NCBI GenBank assembly: GCA_028716165.1
Contig: JAQUQI010000001.1
Coordinates: 191,832-255,831 of the forward strand
Source of the DNA: Candidatus Omnitrophota bacterium
GTDB lineage: Bacteria; Omnitrophota; Gorgyraeia; JABMRG01
DNA length: 64,000 nucleotides
Direction of reading: 5' to 3'
In this document: in pieces, positions 20,964-30,083 of the stretch
How the letters are laid out: the number at the start of each line of letters is the position of its first letter
Position numbering within the stretch: the first letter of the stretch is position 1
Program-made: the position numbers and the translations under genes
Notes under the pieces: generated by a model
Seen by the model: the letters and a program-made list of their open reading frames with translations, nothing else
Databases searched by the model: none
Told to the model about the DNA's origin: nothing

Positions 20964-20965
20964 AA

Positions 20966-22768
20966 TTACTCCTTAATAACGGCGTCAAATTTGCATACCT
21001 CAAAACACTTTCCGCATTTTACGCACTTGGCCGCGTCTATAGTATAGCCCTGTTTGGAATCGCCGGTTATGGCCTTGACGGGACAATTTTTCGCGCAGAG
21101 CCCGCAGCGCCTGCATTTTTCGGTAATTATGCGATACGTCATAAGTTCGGCGCACTTGCCTGAACGGCATTTTTTAAGCTTTACATGCTCTTCATATTCG
21201 TCTCTGAAAAACCTTAAAGTTGACAATACGGGATTGGGGGCGGTTTGGCCCAGGCCGCAGAGTGAAGCGCGTTTTACAGTATTGCATATTCTTTCAAGCT
21301 TTACGATATCATCCATTGAGGCCCTGCCGGAGGCAATCTTTTTTAGATACTCAAGCATCTGGTATCCGCCTATACGGCAAGGCGCGCACTTCCCGCATGA
21401 TTCATCCACGCAAAAACCCAGATAGAATTTGGCAATATCAACCATGCAATCGGTTTCATCCATGACTATCATTCCGCCCGAGCCCATAATAGAGCCGAGC
21501 TTTTGCAGATTCTCATAATCTACAGGCGTATCAATGTATTCCACGGGTATCACGCCGCCGGAGGGCCCGCCGGTTTGAACAGCCTTGATCTTTTTATCAT
21601 CTATTAACCCGCCGCCTATATCATAAACGATCTCTCTTATCGTTATACCCATGGGGACTTCTATTAGCCCTGAATTCTTGACCTTTCCTGTAAGCGCGAA
21701 TACCTTGGTGCCCTTAGAATTCTGACTGCCTATGGAAGAAAACCACTTGGCCCCTTTCGTGAATATAACAGGCACATTGGCCAATGTCTCCACATTGTTT
21801 ATAACAGTAGGCCTTGACCACAGACCCCTGACAGACGGATAAGGCGGCCTCGGAGTCGGGACGCCGCGCTTGCCTTCAATTGAGGCGATAAGCGCTGTTT
21901 CTTCGCCGCAGACAAAGGCTCCGGCCCCAAGCCGTATCTCAAGTTCAAAGTTGAAATCACTGCCTAATATTCCGTTGCCGACAAGGCCGTATCCTCTGGC
22001 CTGTTCTATCGCATTTTGTATCCGCTTAATGGCCAACGGATATTCGGCCCTTATGTAGAAAAAACCCTTGCTCGCGCCTGTCGCGTAGCCGGCTATAAGC
22101 ATGCCCTCTATTACGGAATGAGGGTCGCCTTCCAATATGCCCCTGTCCATATAAGCCCCGGGGTCTCCTTCGTCGCCATTACATATTACGTATTTTTCAT
22201 CGGCCTCTATGTCCTTGGCAAAATTCCATTTCATCCACGTAGGAAAGCCTCCGCCGCCTCTGCCGCGCAGGCCGCTGTCCTTAAGCTGTTTTAACACATT
22301 GTCCTGGCTTTTGCCCGCTAATACGGCCTTGAGCCCCTGATAACCGTCACGGGCGATATAATCATCTATGCTTTCGGGATCTATGACGCCGCAATTTCTT
22401 AATACGACCTTGAGTTGTTTTCCGGATTTATCTTCATATCTGGCCGAGTCAAAGATTTTTTTACCGCATATATGCTGTTCAATAATACTGCGGGCAACGT
22501 CTTCATTAACATTCCTATAAATCACCGGCCCTGACCAGGCAGTATTAACTTCAACTACAGGCTCCGCGAAACACAAGCCGTTACATCCTGTCTTCTTAAG
22601 ACAAACATCAAGGCCTTTTTCATCTATAAGCTTTTTTATCAGGTCAAAAACGGCCGAAGCGCCCGCGGCGATACCGCATGTGCTCATGCCTACCCTTATG
22701 CACGTCTTGGGTTCTTTCCTGAATTTATTCCTTATCTGGTCAATATCGTTTTTTATGATTTTTGACAT
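20966..22768 (-). CDS. hydB: Hydrogenase flavoprotein subunit HydB (NuoF-like, NADH-binding), 600 aa. Carries an N-terminal thioredoxin-like 2Fe-2S module and C-terminal 2x[4Fe-4S] ferredoxin.
   Basis: GLRGRGGGGFPTWMKW FMN/NADH motifs, a CGKCAPCR cluster, and C-terminal CRRCGLCAKNCP...CVKCGKCFEVC. Confidence 0.85.
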   Translation of the reverse strand: MSKIIKNDIDQIRNKFRKEPKTCIRVGMSTCGIAAGASAVFDLIKKLIDEKGLDVCLKKTGCNGLCFAEPVVEVNTAWSGPVIYRNVNEDVARSIIEQHICGKKIFDSARYEDKSGKQLKVVLRNCGVIDPESIDDYIARDGYQGLKAVLAGKSQDNVLKQLKDSGLRGRGGGGFPTWMKWNFAKDIEADEKYVICNGDEGDPGAYMDRGILEGDPHSVIEGMLIAGYATGASKGFFYIRAEYPLAIKRIQNAIEQARGYGLVGNGILGSDFNFELEIRLGAGAFVCGEETALIASIEGKRGVPTPRPPYPSVRGLWSRPTVINNVETLANVPVIFTKGAKWFSSIGSQNSKGTKVFALTGKVKNSGLIEVPMGITIREIVYDIGGGLIDDKKIKAVQTGGPSGGVIPVEYIDTPVDYENLQKLGSIMGSGGMIVMDETDCMVDIAKFYLGFCVDESCGKCAPCRIGGYQMLEYLKKIASGRASMDDIVKLERICNTVKRASLCGLGQTAPNPVLSTLRFFRDEYEEHVKLKKCRSGKCAELMTYRIITEKCRRCGLCAKNCPVKAITGDSKQGYTIDAAKCVKCGKCFEVCKFDAVIKE

Positions 22769-22780
22769 TTAGTTTGGCCT

Positions 22781-23659
22781 TTATTTTGTTTCCGCGGCGG
22801 ATTCTTTTACGTAGGCGGAGATTATATTCAACACATCTTCTTTCTTTACCTTGCCGTGTATTTTATTATTTATCATTACAACAGGGGCGAGCCCGCAGCA
22901 GCCAAGGCATCTGACTATCTGCAAATGGAATAAACCGTCCTGCGTAGTCTGGCCTTCTTCAATGTCAAGTATGCTCTTAAACTCCTGGAGTATATCGTTG
23001 GCGCCTTTCAGATAGCAGGCGGTACCCATGCACAAGGAAATTGTGTATTTACCCGGCGGGTCAAGCTTAAAATAATTGTAAAAAGTTATAACCTCGTATA
23101 TGCGCGCCAGCGGGACATCAAGCATGCGCGACAATTCAAACGATATTCCTCTTGGGACATACCCATAGTGATTTTGTATTTCATGCAATATCATGACAAG
23201 AGAGCCTTTTTTCCCTTTCCATCTTTCGGCCAGGGTATTTATTTCATCTATTATCTCTCTATGCCTTTTACCCGTCTTGCTAATATGGCCTTCTATCAGC
23301 TTGAGCAGGGCCTCGGGTTTTATGGGCTTTTCAACAATAGCCCTTACCGGAAGATTTTTGGGATCAGGCTTGAGTTCAACCGGGAAATTAATCTCCTTGT
23401 GCGCGCCCGTGATAAGTATTATCGGTATGTTCTTACTGGCGGCATCCTCCGATATGATCTTTGCCGTGTCAAGGCCTTCCGTCTTATAAGACATCATCAT
23501 ATCCAGCAGTATAAGATCAGGCGATTCACTCTTCACCTTCTGCACGCCCTCCGTGCCCTCAAAGGCGTTTATAGTATTATAACCGCTGTTGTTAAGGAGC
23601 ACTGAAATAGCTTCAACAAAATCCTTATCATCATCAATAATCAAAATAGTATTGCGCAT
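22781..23659 (-). CDS. hydC: Fusion protein: N-terminal response-regulator receiver (REC) domain joined to a NuoE-like thioredoxin-like [2Fe-2S] ferredoxin (HydC), 292 aa.
   Basis: REC: ILIIDDD...DLILLDMMM...IILITG...EKPIKPE. NuoE: CMGTACYLKGA...CLGCCGLAPV. This is the first gene of hydC-B-A set 1. Confidence 0.8.
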   Translation of the reverse strand: MRNTILIIDDDKDFVEAISVLLNNSGYNTINAFEGTEGVQKVKSESPDLILLDMMMSYKTEGLDTAKIISEDAASKNIPIILITGAHKEINFPVELKPDPKNLPVRAIVEKPIKPEALLKLIEGHISKTGKRHREIIDEINTLAERWKGKKGSLVMILHEIQNHYGYVPRGISFELSRMLDVPLARIYEVITFYNYFKLDPPGKYTISLCMGTACYLKGANDILQEFKSILDIEEGQTTQDGLFHLQIVRCLGCCGLAPVVMINNKIHGKVKKEDVLNIISAYVKESAAETK

Positions 23660-23662
23660 TTT

Positions 23663-25501
23663 TTAACCTTTTTTTAGCTTAAAAATAAAAGAATTGCCGC
23701 CAGTTTTTGGCTCAACCCATATACTGCCGCCGTGAAGCCGTATGATTTCTCTGGTGATAAAAAGGCCGATGCCCGTCCCCTTGACCTTATCCTCGCCTTC
23801 ATAATGAAGGCGCGAAAACTTTTTGAAAAGCCTGTCCATATCAATAACCGATATGGGTTTGCCTTCATTATACACCTCTATCTCTATATAGCCTTCGGAG
23901 ACCCTTGAGGAAAGGATTATATTTCCATCCCTTTTGCCATATTTTATCGCGTTTGTCAAGAGATTGTTTGCCGCAATACGCAGAAGGCCCGAATCAGCCG
24001 TGACTTTTATATCACCGGCTATATTGTTTTGTATAGTCATTTTCTTATCCTGGGCCTGATGTATAAGCGCCTCAACGGAGGGGTCAAATATTTCCTTTTT
24101 TATAAAAAACTCCGTTTTTCTTAATACCATCTCCTGTTTTTCAATCCTGCTCAAATTGAGAAAATTCTTTACTGTCTGCGTAAGATAATCAAGGTTGCGC
24201 GAAACAGAGTCAAGCGCCTTTGTCTGCGCTTCATTGATAGGCCCGAGTAATTTATTATTGAGCGAATATACATTCAATATTATAGAAGCCAATATGCCCT
24301 TCAGCTCGTGGGACACAAATCCGACGAGATCCAGATAGCTCTTGTTCATCATCTCGCATTCCTGTTTTGAAGACAAAAGGCTTTTTTCCCGTTCCGACAA
24401 TTTTACGGCCATAGCATTAAACGCGCCCGCAAGCCGGTCAAATTCCTTGATTGAACTATTCTCAACAAGCCTGGACGACAGATCTCCTTGCGATATGCGG
24501 CTTGACGCGTCAAGGGCCTTGTATAAAGGGCTCAATATCTTTGAGGCAAGTATATAAGAAGTGAACATCGCCAGAAAAGCCGCTACGGCTATGATGGCCA
24601 AAAACATCAGAAACCGTTCAATCATCAAATCATTAAACGGTTTTTCAAGCATCCCCACATATAATATACCTATGGTATCGCCGGTCAAATTTTTTATTGG
24701 CCTATACGCGGTAAGATACCAATCAGAGACTACAAAGGCCCTGCCGTTCCAATAACCGTCTTTTCGCATGACCTTATCGTATACTTCTTCGGATACCCTT
24801 GTGCCTATAGCGCGTTGGCTTGCAAGGGTCAGGACATTGGTGGTTATCCTGACGTCGTCTTGAAATATCGTAACGGTCCCTACCGGCAGATTATTGTAAA
24901 ATTCATGGCCGAAGACAACGTCTCTTATATTATCCACAAGGGCAAAATCCCTGTTAATTATCCTCCCGGCATAACGTGCCGCCGATACATTTCCGGCCTC
25001 ATCCATTACCGGCATGGCGTATTCTATAGCAAGCGCGCTTTCGGAAAAAAGCTTATCGTCGGGCCTGGCCATGGGCGTATATTCTATCTTGGTTTTTACC
25101 CTGTCAAGCAATACATTGGAGATGGCCTTCAATTCATCGGCTTCTATAATCCGGCTGCCGCCGCAAAGATTACCTTTAAACGCGGCGCGGACAATATCGC
25201 TTTTGACCGCGTCTTTTAAGGATACCGGCACTTCATAGACATAATCAACATCCAATATGCCTTTTACGGATATAAGGCTTTTGGTATCTCGGGTAAGGAT
25301 AAGGGCTGTTTTTATTTTCTCCAATTCATTGTCATATACTATACGGGCGGCCTCTATTTTTTTGGCGACCTCTTTTTGCGCCCGGGCTACAATATCATGC
25401 TGTATAGTATAATAGCCGAGAAAGGCCGTAAGGAGCGCTGTTACAACAATTTGAAGAAACAGCGTGAAAAATATATAAAATTTCAAATTACGGGTTTTCA
25501 T
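23663..25501 (-). CDS. Sensor histidine kinase with two TM helices, a ~280-aa extracytoplasmic Cache-like sensor, HAMP, HisKA and HATPase_c; 612 aa.
   Basis: TM1 at residues ~8-30, TM2 at ~296-320. H-box FVSHELKGIL. G-boxes GTGIGLFITREIIRLHGGSIWVE. Confidence 0.8.
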   Translation of the reverse strand: MKTRNLKFYIFFTLFLQIVVTALLTAFLGYYTIQHDIVARAQKEVAKKIEAARIVYDNELEKIKTALILTRDTKSLISVKGILDVDYVYEVPVSLKDAVKSDIVRAAFKGNLCGGSRIIEADELKAISNVLLDRVKTKIEYTPMARPDDKLFSESALAIEYAMPVMDEAGNVSAARYAGRIINRDFALVDNIRDVVFGHEFYNNLPVGTVTIFQDDVRITTNVLTLASQRAIGTRVSEEVYDKVMRKDGYWNGRAFVVSDWYLTAYRPIKNLTGDTIGILYVGMLEKPFNDLMIERFLMFLAIIAVAAFLAMFTSYILASKILSPLYKALDASSRISQGDLSSRLVENSSIKEFDRLAGAFNAMAVKLSEREKSLLSSKQECEMMNKSYLDLVGFVSHELKGILASIILNVYSLNNKLLGPINEAQTKALDSVSRNLDYLTQTVKNFLNLSRIEKQEMVLRKTEFFIKKEIFDPSVEALIHQAQDKKMTIQNNIAGDIKVTADSGLLRIAANNLLTNAIKYGKRDGNIILSSRVSEGYIEIEVYNEGKPISVIDMDRLFKKFSRLHYEGEDKVKGTGIGLFITREIIRLHGGSIWVEPKTGGNSFIFKLKKG

Positions 25502-25552
25502 AAAACCTTTTCCATTCCCGCCTAAAGTACCGCGCGGTATTGCCAGATAGAT

Positions 25553-25894
25553 TTATCGGCGTATTTTATTAATAGAGTTTACGGCAAGCAGGGCATACGT
25601 CATAACGCTTGCCCCTCCGACAAGAACGGCCACCATGCACGCCTCTATCATTTCATCCTTGGACCAGCCCGCGTCAAGGCAGTGCTTGACAGCCCTGGGT
25701 ATGCAAACAGGGCATTTCTGGCTAACGCCGGCAACCAGGAGTAAAAGCCATTTCATTTTTTGGCTTATCCTTCCTTTTCCGGTCATAGCATTCTTGCTTT
25801 GAATAAAAGCCTCGTATTGCCCGGGCACAGACTTTTTGACATCATTCATAAGCGCCTGGAATTTCTTCAATATATCATCTGATCCATATTTCAT
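25553..25894 (-). CDS. Carboxymuconolactone decarboxylase/AhpD-like family protein. The ORF-track start at 25993 would overlap hydA2, so the internal Met (MKYGSDD) at 25894 is preferred.
   Basis: About 113 aa from the internal start, with a KCPVCIPRAVKH CxxC...H motif like the AhpD core. Confidence 0.5.
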   Translation of the reverse strand: MKYGSDDILKKFQALMNDVKKSVPGQYEAFIQSKNAMTGKGRISQKMKWLLLLVAGVSQKCPVCIPRAVKHCLDAGWSKDEMIEACMVAVLVGGASVMTYALLAVNSINKIRR

Positions 25895-25944
25895 ATCACG
25901 CCTCTTTTTTATATCGGTTGCCGTATTAGATAAAACAGGCCTTA

Positions 25945-27870
25945 TCAACTGCCGGAGCCGGGCCCGCGCTTTGTTTTTTTGACATTTATCCATTTGCCGC
26001 GGGCGGTATAACCTGTATGCAGCAATTTATGGCTAAGATGGCCGCATGGGCCTTCTTTAAAATATTGCTCGTATATTTGTTTGACAACAGGGTTTTCGTG
26101 TGATTTTCTTAATACAAGGCTTTCGTCCTCGGCGTAGATTGCCTTTATACGGGCGCCCCTGATATCAGGGCCTGTGGGTATAGGCTGGCCGCCGCCGCCA
26201 ATGCAACCGCCCGGGCATGCCATTACCTCAATAAAATGATAGTCGTCCAGCTGTCCTTCGCAGAGCATGTCCATGACTTTTTTGGCATTAGCCGTGCCGT
26301 GCGCTACCATAACCTTCAGGGTAACGCCTTCTAAAAACTTCCATTGCTCCAGGGTATCTTTGATAATAATCTGCGCTTTTCTTATTCCTTCCACTCCCCT
26401 TACAGGCATTACGCGTAAATTTTCAAAAGGCGCCTCGCGGCCTGTAACCAGTTCGTAAGCCGTCCTTATGGCAGCCTCCATTACTCCTCCCGTAGCGCCA
26501 AAAACAAGCCCGGCGCCGCTGCCGGTTCCAAGAGGATCGTCAAAATCAGACAGGGGCAAATTCGGCAGGTCTATGCCGCACTCTTTTATCATGCCCGCTA
26601 ATTCACGCGTCGTAAGGGCATAATCCACGTCTTTATACCCTGAACTGTTCATTTCAGGGCGTTGGCATTCAAATTTTTTCGCTGAACACGGCATCAGCGA
26701 AACAGAAACTATATCAGCCGGGTCAATATTATTCCTTTCGGCATACCAGGTCTTGGCTATAGCGCCGAACATCTGCTGAGGGCTTTTGGCTGTTGACAGG
26801 TGGCCTAATCTACCGGGATAAAAATGTTCAATAAATTTTACCCATCCCGGCGAGCAGGATGTTATCTGCGGAAGCCTGACACTCTTGTCTTTGCCGGCAA
26901 TGGCCTTTTTAAGCCTTAAAAGCAGTTCGGTCCCTTCTTCCATTATCGTAAGATCCGCGGTAAAATTGGTATCAAAAACCTTGTCAAAACCTATGCGTTT
27001 TATGGCAGTGTTCAGCTTTTTAGTAACACTTGTACCCGGTTTTAGGCCAAATTCCTCGCCGATAGCAGCCCTGGGGCTCGGCGCCGTCTGGATGATAACA
27101 TGCTTTTTGGCATCTTCAATAGCCTTCCATATTCCTTCAGCAGGGTCTTTGGCCTTTAATGCTCCGGTGGGGCATCTATTGATACACTGGCCGCAGTTAA
27201 TGCAGACTACATCGTTTAAAGGCATATCCATATAGGTGGATATTTTTGTGCCGGCACCCCTGTGCACAGCCTCCAAAGCTCCTACCTCCTGCAAATCAAT
27301 ACATGTCCTGACACAGCGCCGGCAGAGTATGCATTTATTCATATCGCGCTCAACAGCATAGCTTGACTGGTCTTTATCATATCTCGGGGCCTTGATGTGC
27401 CCGAATTTATAAGAAGTAACTCCGTATTCTTTTGCCAATACCTGCAATTCGCAGTTATTGTTACGCGCGCACGAATAACACTCGCCATAATGGTTTCTTA
27501 ACAATAATTGTATTATATTGCGCCGGGCACGGCGAATACGCGGCGAATATGTCCTTATATTTATCGGGCCGAATATGGGATACGAACAGGATGCCTGTAA
27601 AGTCCGCTCATTGTCCACTTCAACAACGCATATCCTGCATACGCCCGCCAGGCAGAGATCATCATGCTGGCAGAGGGTAGGTATCTTTATATTTACCATA
27701 CGCGCGGCCTCAAGTATGGTAGTGCCCATGGCAACCTTTACGGCTATGCCGTCAATATTAACCGTAATGTCGCCCCCAATAGCGTCTTTTTTTATCTCGC
27801 CCGTTTCCTGCCTTCTCTGGCTTACAGGCGCCCTTGATGTCTCACGCGCGAAAGCTTTATTATCAGCCAT
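25945..27870 (-). CDS. hydA: Second [FeFe]-hydrogenase large subunit (HydA2), 641 aa. It has a non-canonical L1 motif TSCSPGW, a 2Fe-2S N-domain and a ~35-aa N-terminal extension.
   Basis: L1 ITSCSPGW, confirmed on the DNA (26842-26862 reverse-complement = ACA TCC TGC TCG CCG GGA TGG). L2 SLMPCSAKKFE, L3 IEVMACPGGCIGGGGQP. N-terminus LCQHDDLCLAGVCRIC. Confidence 0.85.
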   Translation of the reverse strand: MADNKAFARETSRAPVSQRRQETGEIKKDAIGGDITVNIDGIAVKVAMGTTILEAARMVNIKIPTLCQHDDLCLAGVCRICVVEVDNERTLQASCSYPIFGPINIRTYSPRIRRARRNIIQLLLRNHYGECYSCARNNNCELQVLAKEYGVTSYKFGHIKAPRYDKDQSSYAVERDMNKCILCRRCVRTCIDLQEVGALEAVHRGAGTKISTYMDMPLNDVVCINCGQCINRCPTGALKAKDPAEGIWKAIEDAKKHVIIQTAPSPRAAIGEEFGLKPGTSVTKKLNTAIKRIGFDKVFDTNFTADLTIMEEGTELLLRLKKAIAGKDKSVRLPQITSCSPGWVKFIEHFYPGRLGHLSTAKSPQQMFGAIAKTWYAERNNIDPADIVSVSLMPCSAKKFECQRPEMNSSGYKDVDYALTTRELAGMIKECGIDLPNLPLSDFDDPLGTGSGAGLVFGATGGVMEAAIRTAYELVTGREAPFENLRVMPVRGVEGIRKAQIIIKDTLEQWKFLEGVTLKVMVAHGTANAKKVMDMLCEGQLDDYHFIEVMACPGGCIGGGGQPIPTGPDIRGARIKAIYAEDESLVLRKSHENPVVKQIYEQYFKEGPCGHLSHKLLHTGYTARGKWINVKKTKRGPGSGS

Positions 27871-29068
27871 GAAATTCTTTCTCCTTTTCTACCGCCTTTG
27901 ACAGCTTATACTCCCGCTTAAAATGGCCGATCGCGGATATGAAAGGCTTGGGGCACGATTGGCCCAGCCCGCATTTTGAGGCTGTCTGCATAGTCTCGGA
28001 CAAAGACAATAACTCATCCAGATATTTCTTGCTGCAAAGCCCATTTCTTATCATGTTTAAGCCTTCAAGCAGAACGGGAATTCCTTCTCTGCATGGAGTG
28101 CATTGGCCGCATGATTCATCCTTGAAAAATCTCAAGAAATTCTCCACGACTTCAAGCATGCGGCGTTCTTTTGAAAAAACTATAAGAGAGCCTCCTGTTG
28201 AGAAATCCTCAAAACAGACAGCCCTGCTAAAATGCCTTCTGGCGACAATCTCCCCGGAGGCTCCGGCAGAGACCGCCTTAGCGTTTTCTCCGCCAGCAAT
28301 TTTTAATATAGACTTTATATCGGAACCAAACTCTACTTCATAGACGCCCGGCCTTTTGCAATCGCCTGATACGCTTAGTAGTTTTGTCCCTGTTGATTTC
28401 GCTGTGCCGAAACTCTTAAACCAATCGGCGCCTTTTTCCACAATATGAGCAAAATTACTGAATGTCTCAACATTATTCAATACCGTCGGATAACCGTTAT
28501 AGCCCGTATTTACCGGAAAAGGCGGCCTGTTTCTCGGCTCGCCGCGGCAGCCCTCAAGCGATTCTATCAATGCTGTTTCTTCGCCGCACACATAAGCGCC
28601 AGAGCCAAGTTTTATTTCAATATCAAAATCAAAACCCTGCCTGCCCATAATGGACATGCCCAGGGCGTTTTCTTTTCGCATCCCTTCAAGAACGCCTTCA
28701 AGAAAACCCGTAAACGATTTGTATTCGCCGCGAAGGTATAAAAAACCCGTATCAGCGCCGCTTGCAAAAGCGGCAATAGCCATACCCTCAAAGATAAGGC
28801 GCGGATATTCCAAAAGCATTACCCTGTCTTTAAAAGTTCCGGGTTCGCCTTCATCCGCGTTACAGACAACATATTTTTTTTCAGAACGCGCGGCAGATAC
28901 CAGATTAAGCTTTATGCCGGCGGGAAAACCCGCCCCTCCTCTGCCGCGAAGGCCCGAATCCCTTATCCGGCTCAATACACCGGCCCTGCCAAGCTCTATG
29001 GCTTTTTTTAACCCCGCGTACGGAATAATTTCGCTGAAGATGACCGCGCCTTTTCTTTTTTCAGGCAT
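27863..29068 (-). CDS. hydB: NuoF-like flavoprotein subunit (HydB2), short form at 401 aa, lacking the extra N- and C-terminal Fe-S modules.
   Basis: GLRGRGGAGFPAGIKL, YVCGEETALIESLEG, ESCGQCTPCREG. Confidence 0.8.
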   Translation of the reverse strand: MPEKRKGAVIFSEIIPYAGLKKAIELGRAGVLSRIRDSGLRGRGGAGFPAGIKLNLVSAARSEKKYVVCNADEGEPGTFKDRVMLLEYPRLIFEGMAIAAFASGADTGFLYLRGEYKSFTGFLEGVLEGMRKENALGMSIMGRQGFDFDIEIKLGSGAYVCGEETALIESLEGCRGEPRNRPPFPVNTGYNGYPTVLNNVETFSNFAHIVEKGADWFKSFGTAKSTGTKLLSVSGDCKRPGVYEVEFGSDIKSILKIAGGENAKAVSAGASGEIVARRHFSRAVCFEDFSTGGSLIVFSKERRMLEVVENFLRFFKDESCGQCTPCREGIPVLLEGLNMIRNGLCSKKYLDELLSLSETMQTASKCGLGQSCPKPFISAIGHFKREYKLSKAVEKEKEFHG

Positions 29069-29567
29069 AATCTCTCCTTGTTAATGGCTTCTTTGAAAGC
29101 CTGCGGACTATATCTTTGACATCTTTTGGCGTAATATTGCCGACCAGTTCACCGTCTATTAAAGCGGCGGGCGCCTGGTCGCACATGCCTATGCATCCGG
29201 TCTCTTCAAGAACTATATTTTTATATTTACCCGGGCGGCCTTTTTTTATCTTTAAGGCTTTTTCAAACTCCTTTTGTATCTTCCCACTGCCCGCCATTAT
29301 ATTAGGCATACAATTGCTTATCCGTATCGTATGCCTGGCTTTCGGGCCTGACGTAAGAAAGGCGTAGAAGGTTACCACAGAATACACCTCAACAGGGTGT
29401 ATCCCGAACCTGTCGGCCGTCTCCTGCATATCCTTATCCGATATATATCCTTTTTTCTGTTGTATGCCTTGCAATACAGGCAATAATTTTGAGCGCGTTT
29501 CATCACACACGATAATTTCTTTGCCGTCTTTTACCGTCTTTTTTGTTACAGCGCATTGTTTAACCAT
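29061..29567 (-). CDS. hydC: NuoE-like thioredoxin-like ferredoxin subunit (HydC2), 168 aa. The second Cys of the first CxxxxC pair appears replaced (CMPNIM).
   Basis: VYSVVTFYAFL...IRISNCMPNIMAG...ETGCIGMCDQAPA. Overlaps hydB2 by 8 bp. Confidence 0.65.
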   Translation of the reverse strand: MVKQCAVTKKTVKDGKEIIVCDETRSKLLPVLQGIQQKKGYISDKDMQETADRFGIHPVEVYSVVTFYAFLTSGPKARHTIRISNCMPNIMAGSGKIQKEFEKALKIKKGRPGKYKNIVLEETGCIGMCDQAPAALIDGELVGNITPKDVKDIVRRLSKKPLTRRDYA

Positions 29568-29584
29568 AAAACCAGGCCCCCTGT

Positions 29585-29956
29585 TTATTTTCCTGTGATT
29601 GAATTGACCTTATTAATAAGGTCTTCCGGGCTTACAGGTTTTTCAAGAAATCCGGCGCAAGGCAATACTTCATCACAACTGCCATAATCGTATCCGGTAA
29701 CCTTACTTACGCCGCTAAGCATTATTACGGGCGTTGGCAGGCCTTTGGCCTTAAGCCTGGCCGCCAAAGCTATGCCGTCATCAGCCTCCTGCATCATAAT
29801 ATCAAGAAATATAATATCAAAAGCCTCTTTGTCTATTATCAATTCAGCATCCTTTACATTATGGGCCATGGACACGCTATGCCCTTTTGCCTCAAGCACA
29901 GCCTTGCCCGCTTCGGCAAATTCCCTGTCATCATCCACCATTAAAATCCTGGCCAT
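29585..29956 (-). CDS. Stand-alone response-regulator receiver (CheY-like). Preferred start is MARILMVDDD, with a strong SD AGGAGG 7 nt upstream.
   Basis: ILMVDDD...DIIFLDIMM...VIMLSG...LEKPVSPEDL. The ORF-track start at 30013 has no SD. Confidence 0.75.
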   Translation of the reverse strand: MARILMVDDDREFAEAGKAVLEAKGHSVSMAHNVKDAELIIDKEAFDIIFLDIMMQEADDGIALAARLKAKGLPTPVIMLSGVSKVTGYDYGSCDEVLPCAGFLEKPVSPEDLINKVNSITGK

Positions 29957-30083
29957 AATACCCTCCTGATTTTCCACCGAAACGATAAACCCAAAATTTA
30001 TACCCCGTCCCATGTGCCGGAGTTTGAAACCCCGCAGTCAGGATAACTGCCGGCCTTTCCGGCGCGCGATTACAATCACCAAT

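Noticed and set aside
20353-20976. 207-aa plus-strand ORF antisense to hydA1, and similar antisense ORFs across the hydrogenase genes (e.g. 23168-23605, 27518-27901, 28650-29084).
   Set aside because: They are antisense to well-supported conserved genes with clear catalytic motifs, and they have no motifs of their own.
25894-25993. N-terminal 33-aa extension of the AhpD-like ORF (MDKCQKNKARARLRQ...).
   Set aside because: It overlaps the 3' end of hydA2 by 49 nt. The internal Met gives a typical ~113-aa CMD-family size, so the extension is probably not translated.
30057-30072. GCCGG-aaagg-CCGGC hairpin right after the rex stop codon.
   Set aside because: No U-tract follows it, and a strong SD for the receiver gene comes soon after. 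It is more likely a stabilising structure than a terminator.
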